Shown here: in pieces, positions 52,701 through 64,000 of the stretch | How positions within the stretch are numbered: the stretch's first letter is position 1 | Layout: each line of letters opens with the position of its first letter | Assembly (NCBI GenBank): GCA_046563655.1 | Contig: CM102289.1 | Coordinates: 62,001-126,000, forward strand | From: Yuukianura sp. NJ FZ-2021 | Lineage: Eukaryota | Direction of reading: 5' to 3' | DNA: 64,000 bases | The notes under the pieces: model-generated | What the model saw: the letters and a program-made list of their open reading frames with translations, nothing else | Database searches by the model: none | What the model was told of the DNA's origin: nothing | Program-made: the position numbers and the translations under genes

Positions 52701-55343
52701 TGGGTCTTCTTCCTGATTGGCGGGACGCCTTCGTTCCTGATTCTGATTGGCTGGACGTTCTTGATTGTGATTGGCTGGAGGTCGCCTGTGAGCATTTCCC
52801 ATTGGTTTTCCACTGATGACTGGAGGAAGAGTTGACTGGATTCCAAGGAAGGAAAGCGCTGTTTGGAGCAGGGGAGCTCTCGTGGGCTGTCTCTGTTGCT
52901 TTACTCCTCTTTCTTCACTTTGACCTTGACCTTTGACCCTTTGGTCAACAGAGGGGTGAATGCTCATGGGAATTCCTTGTGGTTTCACTTCTGTGGGCAT
53001 TGGAGTTGGTGGGCGAGGAGGGGCGGGGGTGGAAGAAGGCGGGGGAGGAATTAGCACTGGAAGACGAGCCTTCTTTTGCTCGTTTTGTGTTTGAACAGGA
53101 TTTTGCTGCGGAGGATTTCTTGGCGGGAAGAGGCTTTGGGGTGCAGTGTATCCCGGTGGAAACACTAAAGTTTGTTTTTGTTGCTCAAGTTGCTGTTGAT
53201 TCATTTGCATTGGTAATTGTTGTCTCTGGCCCTGCTGTTGTTGACCCATTTGGTTTTGCTGGGGAAGCTGAAATTGTTGACCATTTTGACTTTGAGGTAG
53301 TTGAAATTGTTGACCATTTGGTGAAAGTTGAGGATTTTGAATCATTTGAGCTTGCGGAAACTGTTGACCTTGTTGATTTTGTAGACCAATTGGAAATTGT
53401 TGTTGGACTTTTTGTGGATTCCATTGTTGCTGTTGACCTTGTTGCTGGAAATTTTGATTCACCGGTGGAGCGTTGTTGGGGCTCCAGTTTGGTGGGAATC
53501 TTTGAGGTGGTTGAATGTTATTTTGGAATTGAGTGGGAAGTTGATTGTTTGTGATTTGTTTATTCCATTGTTGTTGACCAAATGGCATTGGAGTTGTGGA
53601 ACTTGGACCTTCCGTTTGTTTAACAATTTCTCCAATAATCTTTGTCAGTTCGTTTTCTGAAAATCCACCATCTTGAACTTTTGGCAGAGAAATTTGAATT
53701 CCTGGATTCACCACAACTTTGTTGTTATTTGGTTTCTGTTGATTCAAGTTCAAATTTCCAAAGTTTTGTTGAGAATTTGGCTGTCGACCATTTCCACTTT
53801 GACCCTGTTGTTGTGCTGGAGGCCATTGCTGTTGAAGTGGTGGTTGTTGCCATTGTTGCTGTCCTTGAGTTTGAGGCCACTGCTGATTTTGTTTAGGAAA
53901 TTGCTGTTGTGCTGATTGCTGTTGAACTTTTTGATACTGTTGAGCAGGCGGCGGTTTAACAACTTTTGGAGTTGCGATTGATCCTGCCATTTGAGTGTCC
54001 CCAAGGCCCCCTCCTAAACTCTGAATGCTTTCCACAATTGCTCCCTGCGGAAGGACTCCTTTGAGGAGACTTAAGGGGTCCGCAGAGGGGTCAAGGGCTG
54101 GGCCCTGTACGATTTTGTAGCCAGAGTTAAATCTTGGTGCGGAATTTGAAAACTGTTGAGTATTTTGTGGTACTTGAGGTGTTTTTCCTTGCCTTAGAGC
54201 CTGGATGATCTTCAGTTTTTCATCTGTTGACAGAGTGTTGAGTGACTTTGTGTTTGTGTCCATAGTGATTGAGCCAGAACCCTTGCTTTTCAAGGGACTT
54301 GAGCCAGGGGGCAATAGGATTTTGGTGTAGCCGGGTGGGGCGGGCATGGAGGCGGGACCCAGAAAAGTGTCAGATCGTGAATTAGTGCTGGTGCTGTGTT
54401 GAGTGCCACCAACTTGGAGTGAGCCCTGGACCAAGTGCATGGTGGCTTCGTCCATTTTGGGCATTTGATCTTTCCCGGGTTTTAGACTGGGGATTGGGAT
54501 TTTCCCGTAGCCGTAAGGAGGTTTCGTGTCTTCCGGCGCCAAAAACACAGAGGGCAGATTAGAGCCCGGGAGAGTCCCGTTGAAAAAGGGGACTTTGCTT
54601 GAGCCTGCGTACTTTTTGATGACTTGGCCCACGTCTGCGCCTGCCCTGGTCGCTGCAATCCCTTCATGTCGCATGAAAACATTGATCGGTTTCTTGGGAC
54701 TCAGTTTTGTCAAAGTATTAGTCATCTGAATGATCTTCTCCTTCTGCGATGCCGTCAAGTGAGACTTTGACAGTTCTTCTGTCGTGATTGAGACTTTGGA
54801 GGGGTCATTGACCTGCGATTCACCTGCCGAGGGCATTCTGAGGTCGGTGTTTGAGAGTCTGATTTTGGTGGGCCAGTTTTTGTTGGTGGGTGGAGATGGT
54901 GGGTTGGAGAGATGGTGGTGTGTGTTTGACTTTGGCCAGGAGTCGTGCAGATGGCCTGTTTGTTGCGACACTGGACGGTGGTGGTTGTTTTTGAGATGGT
55001 CGTGATTTGGGGTGCGTGGTTGTGGCGGGAGAGAAGCCACTTTCCGATTTGAGTTTTGATTGGAGGCGGAGTTTGAGGGGAGAGCCCTTGAGGCTGGAAA
55101 TGGCGGGGGGCCTATGGGGGGTCTTAGGGTGGGGGGCGGAGGGGGCATGAAGAAGCGACGTTGTTGCCCCCCTGCTCGTGGCGTCCGAACTGCCGGCATG
55201 TTCGGAGTCCAAACTTCCGTATTTGGCCCAAGAGCGTACGAAATCCATTCAATCTTCCCTTGACCTTGACCTTCACTCAAGGTCACATAAAACAGGAAAC
55301 TGGAAAACACTAGTAGAACACCCATCATGCTGGATTGAGCCAT
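46733..55343 (-). CDS. Very large secreted low-complexity (mucin-like, Pro/Gln/Thr/Ser-rich) protein; exons 55343-50384, 50254-47066, 46968-46733 (2794 aa)
   Basis: Signal peptide MAQSSMMGVLLVFSSFLFYVTLSEG; the 1665-aa, 1066-aa and 71-aa ORFs join in frame through two phase-1 GT-AG introns (8385 nt total); poly-Thr tracts, Gln-rich and Lys-rich blocks. Confidence 0.85.
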
Positions 55344-58300
55344 CTAAAATAAAACAGAAAAAATTCAAAAAAATGTAAGAGTTGGTTTTTCTAAAATCGC
55401 AAAACCCCTTTCTTTTTAAGTATTAAAATACTTTCTTTCAAAATTAAAATTGCGTGAATTGTATCAAAAATTGCGGTACTTAAGGAAAAAGTGGATGAAA
55501 AGATGAAACCATTTCAAATTTTGGCATTGCTTCACAGTTTAAAAAAAAAAAAACTTGGTGGAAATGCGTACTGGGGCGTCGCCCCAACTAGAAAAGTCAA
55601 GTTGAATTTCTCTTTGGCCGACTGAGATGGTTTTTAGAGGTGAAACTGAACTAAATTGTGTGATTTGATTGATTTGTAAAACGTGACTTAAGTGAGTAAT
55701 GTGTTTGAAATAATTATAATAAATCCTGTGCCAAGTGGGTGAAGGGAGTAACTAGAATGAGGAAGCGTGCTGGGCTTCTCCCCATCTTCAAACTTTTTAA
55801 CATTTCTGTTTTAGTTTTTCATGTTAATCTGAAGCAAGTTTGTAGAATGTAGATCAGAAGCAGTTGCTTTCACTTGCGTAGATTAGAGTGGGAAGTGACC
55901 AAGAGATTACAAATTGGAATTAAGTAGATGAATCAAGGAGTCTATGAAGATGTGTTTTAAAAAGTGGATAGTTATAGTATGAAAAAAAAGAAATGGAGGA
56001 AGTAGGTGATGACCTTCGAGTGTCCATTCCGGTTTCCAACCTTAAAACACTCAAAATGAGGAACTTTCCGCGTACAACTTTCACTTCAACTTTACACATT
56101 TTCAATTACAACAATTAAGATGTTGGGAAATTAACAAATGGCGATGGTTTCTTCAACAGGATGAGTAGGAACAGCATCACGAATTCAACACGTCTACATC
56201 ATAAAATTAGAAGCGACGAACAACAAAAATTCAAAAAAGCAACATTTCTCATGTTTTTTTCAATTTATGTTTCTCGGCAATTGGGGATGTTTGGGAGAAG
56301 AATTTTGGATGGTTGTGATGAATTGTGGTTGCGCATGAGCAGAATGAATTGGAATTCAAATTTCGTGTAGAGGTAGGTAAATGTAGTTGGCTCAAAGTGC
56401 AAAACATGCCCAGAATTTGGTCAAATTTTGGTAGAAAAACTGAAAACCGGTTTCGGATTGACTTTTTACTGTAAATCCAAACCTACCTTCCAAAAGACTA
56501 AATAGGCCACTCAGGCAAATGGGGCATTCAGTCACTCATCCAATCCTTAACTTTTTACAAATTTCTCAAATTGAACTTGTTTGAACTGTTTTCTTATTAA
56601 CTTCTTAACTTGAAATGTTTTTAAATGTTTTGTGTGACTTTTAGGCTAAAGAACCAGAGTGAATTAACCTAAAGAAAATGAATGATTTTGAAATATCGTG
56701 GGATCTTTTGAGGAATTGTTTAACATTTCATAAAGGTTTAAACTTCAAAAATTTAATGTTTCAAATTTTAGTTTCCATAAGATTTATTGAGTATAAATTT
56801 TTGTGAATTCCTTTGTAAAGATGAGGTGAATGTCATGAGCAGAAAGTGCCGTTAGGGGTAAGAAGAGCAGAGGGAATTTATTGGAAACCGGTTTGTCTCA
56901 TTTTGAATTTGAACCTGCCGAGTGACTCAATGGACAATTCACTTACTGAGAATCGAGGTCACTGGTGTCAGGGTCAAAATCCACACACGGATTCCAACCG
57001 AAAGTAACACACAAGATCAACTTTTTTTAAAAACTTATATTTCTCAAATGAAACTTTTAATAATATTTTAGACTCAACAGTTTCAAAGTGAATGAAGAAA
57101 CATAAATCTTTTTGTGAGATGAGCGAAATGAGAGTTGAGAGAAAAGGTGAAAGTTGGCTTTCTCTCCTCTCTCAACATTTAACAAACGCTCGTCCTTTAA
57201 GTTGAAAACCTTTTGATCCACTTTTCCCTCTTAAAGCATTTTTGACCATTTCATCGAAACATACTTTGTCGAAAAACCTTTTGTCGAATCTATAATTAGT
57301 CGAAATATTTTGTGAGTTACCATGGATTTTGTCCAGCAGTGAGCTTCTCTCCTGCTCATGGTCTAAATCCAAAAATTAAATAAACTTTGGAACTTTTGTG
57401 TTTGTGTTTGAGAATCCACGTCACTTCATGTCACACACTTTAACTTTGACCTCTGCAATTTCAATATTGCCCAGAGGTCAAGTACACTTGAACCACAGTT
57501 TCCAGCTCAAAATCCTTTCCAAATTTTGAAACTTTTGAAAAAGTCGTAAAAAATAGGAATTGGTTGTAAATGTAAGTTTGTTGATTGTCCCTTTGCGCCA
57601 CTTGTTGGATCCTGCTTGTCGGTGGACAGTGGTTGAGTGGTGGATGTGGCCACTGTGCAAGTAGGAAGTGAACTCCAAAGTATTTTGAAAACTGAAGTGG
57701 TGGCGGGTGGGTCCTTGGAGTGGCCCACTGCCCAATTCCTCAGGCTCAATTTCCCCACACAGTTCCTTCAGAGGCTTCGTCACGTCTTCTACTCGTCCCA
57801 CCGGTTTACCCACTTCTCCAAAAACTCAAACTACACAAACACTACTAGTTTCTCCACCACCTTCCAACAAAATTTATCCAGTTTCATGAGTTCAACATTA
57901 AAAACTTTACATGAGTGAAATTAAAACACTCCACACAAGATTTACAAAATTTTGAACTTATACCTAGAAACTGACGTGAGTATAGAATTCCTTTTTCTTG
58001 TAAATGGGAAAATCCCCATCGGTTTTCTTTATGAATCTCAATTTTCAAAAATTACATTTTCAATTTATGCGTGCAGACATGCAAATTTTAAGGAATGTGA
58101 AGTTGTGGAGTGAAAGTAGAAATGGATGAGTTGGAGAAAATGAGTGATGTGAACGCCACTTCCGAAATTAAGTTCCTCTCGTGCTGTGCTGTTTCTTCCC
58201 ATGCATTTCTCCCATCTCTTCTCCTATCTCACGCAATGCAACTTCTCGCATCTCACATCTCAGTTTCTCCTTTCCTCTGTAGTTATTTATCACTTTGTTA

Positions 58301-58647
58301 CTTTTCTAACTTATTATTCTCAACGAAAGAGGAAAGATGCAGAATATAATGTGAATAACTAAATGTTCATTTGGAAATACACAAAATGGAATTGGTTGGA
58401 ATGATTAATCGGGCACACTCCTTCCTTTAATGTCGTATCTCCTCTTCCTACCACAACATCACCACACAATTAATTCAAAGTTTGAGTGTTAAAAAAGCAG
58501 AAGATTATGCAATTGAAACCCGGAAAGGGAGGGAGTGGTTGGAATGCGGGTAAAGTTGCTAGATTGCCCAATTGACTTTCTCTTATAAACCCCCTTACCA
58601 ACATCCTTCCACACTCAACTTCCTTCCACACACTTTGAATTTCCAAA

Positions 58648-59623
58648 ATGGCCAACATGATCCTGTCTCTCTGCTTCTTGGCTACCCTCGTAAGTTCCAA
58701 AACTATCACTTTCACTTTCTCCAATTTAAAACTAATGTTGAATTTGTGAGTTCCAGGGGTTGGTCAATGGATTTGGTGAGGAGATTGAGTTTACTCTGCA
58801 GAGTTCTTCTGCTCCTCAAGCAAACTACGACCACTTTCACCCAGGGGCTCAACTAATTGAGAAACCAAAGGAGACAGTTACGCAGAAGTGCATTTTGAAC
58901 GGAAAAGAGGTACCCTGCGACTCTCTGAGTGGAGGTACCATCACAACCAAAGAAAAATGTATTCTCAATGGTAAGGAGGTACCCTGTGGCTCAATCCTCA
59001 CCGGAGGTACCCAGACCACCCAACGCTGTCTTCTCAACGGAAAAGAGGTACCATGCGGATCAATCCCAAGCGGAGGTATTGAGACGCAGGAAAGGTGTCT
59101 TCTCAACGGAAAAGCGGTACCCTGTGACTCAATTCTCACTGGAGGTACCCAGACCACCCAGCGCTGTCTGCTCAATGGCAAGGAGGTACCATGCGGCTCA
59201 ATTCCCAGTGGAGGTATCGAAACGCAGGAAAAGTGTCTTCTCAATGGGAAAGTGGTACCGTGTGACTCTGTCTCTGGCCTTGGAGGTACCCAGAGGACCC
59301 AACGCTGTCTTTTGAATGGGAAAGAGGTACCTTGCAACTCCATTCCGAGCGGAGGAAGCGTATCTACGGAACAGCGGTGTCTTTTGAACGGAAAGCAGGT
59401 ACCGTGCGACTCAGTTCCGACTGGAAGTGGCCAGACCCTTGAGCGGTGTTTGTTGAATGGAGAGTTGGTACCCTGTGATGCTGTTCAATCCACCTCCACG
59501 CAGAAGTGTGTGCTGAATGGGCGTCAAGTGCCCTGTGACTTGGCTCTCGGTTCATCCGGCCCTCCAGTCTCCAGGACGCAGAGGTGCACGATGAATGGAC
59601 AGCCAGGCCAATGCCCACTCTAA
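58648..59623 (+). CDS. Secreted protein with 11 tandem C-x2-NG-x2-VP-C repeats; exons 58648-58689, 58757-59623 (302 aa)
   Basis: TATAAA ~58584; signal peptide MANMILSLCFLATL|GLVNG; phase-0 gtaagt..ttccag intron; ~23-aa repeat TQ(R/K)CLLNGKEVPC(D/G)SIPSGG with synonymous divergence between copies; AATAAA ~59711. Confidence 0.9.
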
Positions 59624-60748
59624 ATTTTCAACTACAAACTCTAACATCTCACTTTCAAATAATAACAATAACACAAGTCTATTTGGTCAACAATTGGAAA
59701 ATTCAAAGGAAATAAACAAATTCTACCCTCACTTTCATTTTTACATCTTTTTCGCAAAATGTAACATGAAATTTCAACTCGAGAACGTTTCCCACAACTT
59801 CCTACAAAAGTTGTTGTTGGACGCTTCTCAATTTTTAAAATTTCCAACAAGAATCATTTTAAAAAATGTAAAGGAACTGGGGTTTGTATTGTTGGCTAAA
59901 TTTTGAAAAAATCACTTGTTTTAGAATCGCTTTTTCTTAATTGGAGGGAGTTGATTATGGCGGTTGGCGGACCATGGAGTTTTATAATTAACTGATTAAT
60001 TAATTTGTGGTTGTTGTTATCTCGGGGTGGAAGTTCGTACTTCCGCACCACAAAAAATCATTTCTGCACGGCTCAATTAACTTATCTAACTAACACTCCG
60101 AATTTCGTTTTAGGTTTTTGTAATTCACTTTTTGTAATCAAGAAACAGAAGTTTCCGAAGCTTAATTTTCACATGTCCCTCTTTCCTGTTTTCTGGCTTT
60201 CCTCTCTTATAAGACGCGTCTTATCTAGGAAATTTCAAAAAATTGTGGAACAAGAGAAACTTTTTTCCCGAAAAGTGATCAATATTGTTAAAAATAATGT
60301 AAGGAGTTTGAAAATGTGCTAAATTGTGGTCCAAAGGGGTTTAGTCCTGTGTTAGTTCAACAACCTCATCAGTATTGTCACAGTGCCTGGAAAATCAAAT
60401 TGGCACGGAGCCTCTTGAATATTTAAAAGGTTTTTACCTTTTAAAAATTTGAAAACCGTTCAGGGAACTGTACCAATCCACTTGTTTGCAACAACATGGC
60501 AGAATTTGTGCGAATATTTTTATTTATATTGCATGTGTATGAATAATGCATGAAATGAATGTAGTGTATGACCTATGTTTGTCATGAGGGTGAACGACCT
60601 GACGTGACTTGTGATCGGATTTACTAATTAAAATCATCCTTAAATACCTCTCCATTTTCCCACTTTTTAACATCATTTCGCTCTTTTTAATATCACACCT
60701 CCAATCCCAGCATCTACGTTCTTTTTTTGAAAAAAAAACTAGGAGAAG

Positions 60749-61164
60749 ATGAAGGCGTTGTGGGGAATTTTGTTTTTGGGACTTGTCGTAAGCTGGGAAA
60801 ACTTTCCACACACCTACACTTTCTCTTATGTGGAATTTCGTACATTTGCTCAAATGAAAAACTAACTGTTGGAATTACAATTTTAGGGTGTTGTGCCAGG
60901 AGCAGTCGTCTCATCCCAATCCAACATCCTAAATCCGTTTGTCGCGCTAGCTCGCGTAGCGATTAACACAATTGATGACTTTGTGGGAAATGAAGGTAAC
61001 ACCCAAACATCACTACTGTGTAACTAACTTTAAAGTTTTATTTTAAAGTTCGTGGTTGAAAGTAAAGTGATCATGTTTCAGTTGGAGCTGTGAATAATGT
61101 CACTGCTGGATGTCCTATTCCAATTCCAGGCTTCTGCAATCCCAACCAAACAAAAGTGTTTTAA
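60749..61164 (+). CDS. Small secreted peptide; exons 60749-60787, 60887-60995, 61082-61164 (76 aa)
   Basis: MKALWGILFLGLV|GVVPGA...NPFVALARVAINTIDDFVGNE|VGAVNNVTAGCPIPIPGFCNPNQTKVF*; canonical splice sites; promoter and exon 1 paralogous to the gene at 61513; AATAAA ~61194. Not in the ORF track. Confidence 0.75.
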
Positions 61165-61512
61165 TGTCACCAGGAAGCGGCATGGTTTCCAAAAATAAAA
61201 AATTATTTGGGCTGAGGCTAATTAGGCAGTTGGATTTGGCACAATTTAACTTGGATGTTGGAGTATTCCATTGGAGTATTCGACGTTGACATTTGTTCCC
61301 AAAAACGTAAAGGTTAAATATGTACAAAGTTGACTTTGATATTTTGTGGGTGGAGAAAGTATGTGCAAGTGCAGAAGCGGAGTTGCCGTGGTTCGTGGTC
61401 AGATTGACCAATTTACTTCATCTTTAAATACCTCACCACTTTTACACTTCCGCTTTTTAATTTATTCACACCTCAAGTCCAATCCTCCACATTCATTTTT
61501 TAAAAACAGAAA

Positions 61513-62248
61513 ATGAAGGCGTTCTTGGGAATTTGGCTGTTTGGAATTGTCGTACGTAGATAAAAACTTGTCCAGATACAAAATTTTGTGCTCAAATTTG
61601 TAAATTTGCTCTACTCAAGTACTAACTGTGTTTATAATTTTAGGGAGTTGTGCAAGGAGGCTTTTTGGACAGAGTGGGTCAGTTTCTGTTCCTCCAAACA
61701 TAGAATTTGTTTATATTTTTGAACATTTAAGTTGAATGTTTGTGTTTGTGAGCGTAACTGTTGTAGTTACTCCCTGCAGGTAGTGGTTTGGGTCACCTTG
61801 GTTCTTACATTTTGCCTGAGGACTCTACGCGAGCAGCTTGTTTTACGGCAGGATTGTACAACCGAGAGCCTGACGGAGGCCCACTCCTCAGAGACGCCAG
61901 CGGAGGAATCTGTAAACTCACAAATTTACAAACTTCCAAAGTTGTGGTTGTTTTAAATTTGGGATTGTTGTAGTTGGAGCTGCTGGAACTGTGATTGGGA
62001 CGGTCATCGACACAGTGGGGACAGGCAGTACTTCTGAGAATGCTTGCATCTCTGCTGGCTACTATGACCCCACTCTGGATGCTCAAGGGAACCCCAAGGG
62101 GGGTCAAGGTCACCAACTAGGAAGGGGCAACATCAACATCTACACTCAACGTCAGCAGCACAACACGCAGACTACTGCTTACAAGTGCCTCCTTAACGGA
62201 GTCCAGGTGCCCTGCGACAAAGCAACCATTGCGCAGGCCCACGCTTAA
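61513..62248 (+). CDS. Secreted protein with C-terminal C-x2-NG-x2-VP-C module; exons 61513-61551, 61644-61677, 61780-61911, 61974-62248 (159 aa)
   Basis: MKAFLGIWLFGIV|GVVQGGFLDRV|GSGLGHLGSYILPEDSTRAACFTAGLYNREPDG...|FGAAGTVIG...SENACISAGYYDPTLD...YKCLLNGVQVPCDKATIAQAHA*; exon structure shared with the paralogue at 62786. Confidence 0.88.
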
Positions 62249-62785
62249 CTATCGGCATTTCATTTCATCAATTTAGCAAAGTAACACTTCCTAAAAATGG
62301 ACTTTCAATTTTTACCACACTTGTAACATTCTGAAAATTTTGGAAGGGAAAAAAATGAGTTGTAATATAATAATACATTTCTTTTTTATTCTTTTGAAAT
62401 AGTTTTCTCAAACTTTTTAAATAGCATCAAACCAGGAAGCGACGCGGTTGAAAAAAAAATGAAAAAGATTATTTGAGTTGAGGTTAATTTGAGAATTGAA
62501 GTAGCCACAATTAAAATTAGCGTGGTTTTGAAGTGTTCCAGAGTAAAAATTGAACGTGTCCGTGGTTACCGCAACAGTTTCGGTTGGAGATAAGTTGTAA
62601 TCGTCGCTTAGCAACAGTGTAACTTCCATTTCTACCTTGCGGTGGAAACTGAATGTGGAATTGCGGAAAGTGGATAGTTGGTGGTCAGATTTCTCAATTT
62701 ACTTTCTCCTATAAATATCACACTCAAATTGACGCAAAGTCCAAATCCACTCTAACTTTTAACAAGGTCTTTAGAACCATAAAAA

Positions 62786-63517
62786 ATGGGAAAGTTGTTG
62801 GCAGTTTGTCTGTTAGCAGTCGTCGTAAGGAAAATCACAAACAACTCAAATCAAATACTCAAGCTTTTTCAAACTGAAATTGAATTTTGAATTGTAGGTG
62901 GTGGCTGATGCCCGCGTGAAGCGAGGGCTGGGAGATGTTATTGGTCAGTTTCAAAATGTTCCAATTTTTGTTTTTTGAAATTTCATTTTGTTTTATAAAG
63001 GTCATGGGTTGGGTGCTATTGGGAGCGTCATTCTGCCACCGAGTGCGACCAAGGCTGCGTGTGAAGCTGCTGGACTGTACAACCGAGAGAGAGACGGAAG
63101 CCCACCAAACCGCAAGGGCGGAATCTGTAAGTTCTCTCAACAAATTTCCAAATTTCATTTTTAGTTTTGGTTTTTGAAAATTTTGAAAACTTTTGAAAAT
63201 TTGAACATGAAGTTAGGCCTGCTGGACATGTGATTGGTGGAGTGATCAACACTCTGGGCTCAGACAGTACTTCCGAGAGTGCTTGCATCACTGCTGGTTA
63301 CTACGACCCCAACCTGGATGAGTATGGACGCCCAAGAGTGCAGGGTGGGACCGGAGGTGGGTTGGGAGGTCAAGGTGGAACCACCATCAACGTCCACCTC
63401 AACGGCCAAGGTCAGCAACAGCAACAACAGAACACGCACACGACCACGTACAAGTGCGTCAGGAACGGGCAGACTGTGCCCTGTGATGCTGCCACCATTG
63501 CCCAAGCACAAGGCTAA
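62786..63517 (+). CDS. Paralogous secreted protein with a furin-type site; exons 62786-62824, 62898-62943, 63001-63126, 63213-63517 (171 aa)
   Basis: TATAAATA ~62710; MGKLLAVCLLAVV|VVADARVKRGLGDVI|GHGLGAIGSVILPPSATKAACEAAGLYNRERDG...|FRPAGHVIG...SESACITAGYYDPNLD...YKCVRNGQTVPCDAATIAQAQG*. Confidence 0.88.
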
Positions 63518-64000
63518 ACACTATCAATTTTCAACAATTTTTTGAATTTAAAAAAAGGAATTTGGAAAACAGATTCCACTAAAATTTCGAATTTTCAATT
63601 TTTACAGTCTAGGCTAACATCCGAATTTGAAATTTTTTGTTTCTGCAAATTTTGAAATTCGCCCAGAAAATGAAATAAATTTGGTCGTTGCACAGCATTT
63701 AATTGAGCAATTGTGACACAGGAAGAGGAAACATTTGTTAAAAAACTTGCATTTTTGGAAACATTTTTTTGAGAAGTTATTAGATTTTTTGAAAAAGTTG
63801 GGATTTTGAGACAATTTGAGTAAGTTAGTTGTGGAAGTGAGTGTTTCCCCCGAGGAAGATGAGGTCTGGTACCTGTGTTCTTCGTGGGCTGGAGTTTCGC
63901 AGTCGCTGCAATCTCAACTGCGCAGCTTCTGGAAAACTTCCTCTTGTTTCTTCCAGAATCAAGGCAGCTCCCACCTCAGCCACCATGACGGTGGGGCTGG

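Noticed and set aside
52420..55275. TGACCTTGACCTT motifs in the large gene as transposon remnants
   Set aside because: Explained by QGQG/KGQG codons in an intact frame; no element termini.
47048..55378. Numerous Val/Leu-rich + strand ORFs resembling membrane proteins
   Set aside because: Antisense of the Thr/Gln codon runs in the large secreted gene.
63825..64000. Open minus-strand frame at the window end (…PDLIFLGGNTHFHN*)
   Set aside because: Under 60 codons, truncated by the window and with no recognisable homology; cannot be supported as a gene.

Overview
Eukaryotic genomic DNA with short GT-AG introns; the TCTP and formin sequences point to an invertebrate, probably an arthropod. 1-5040 is a foldback-like block of 13-bp repeats carrying a nested CMC-type MITE, and 5041-21269 is a 16.2-kb array of a 22-bp satellite. 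The gene-rich remainder holds: TCTP (+), hit by two GGT...CC insertions with 8-bp target duplications, both removable in frame by splicing; a non-autonomous Helitron; a Cappuccino/FMN-class formin (-); a DINE-1/HINE-like element; an apparently intact Sola1 transposon; a divergent LDLR-family (lipophorin receptor/VLDLR-like) gene (+); a ~2800-aa secreted low-complexity protein (-); and four tandem small secreted-protein genes (+), three of which share a C-x2-NG-x2-VP-C module I do not recognise. The top candidates are transposon-derived intron gain in TCTP with a frame-restoring micro-duplication, and the secreted C-x2-NG-x2-VP-C gene cluster. All exon models were read by eye and have no RNA support.
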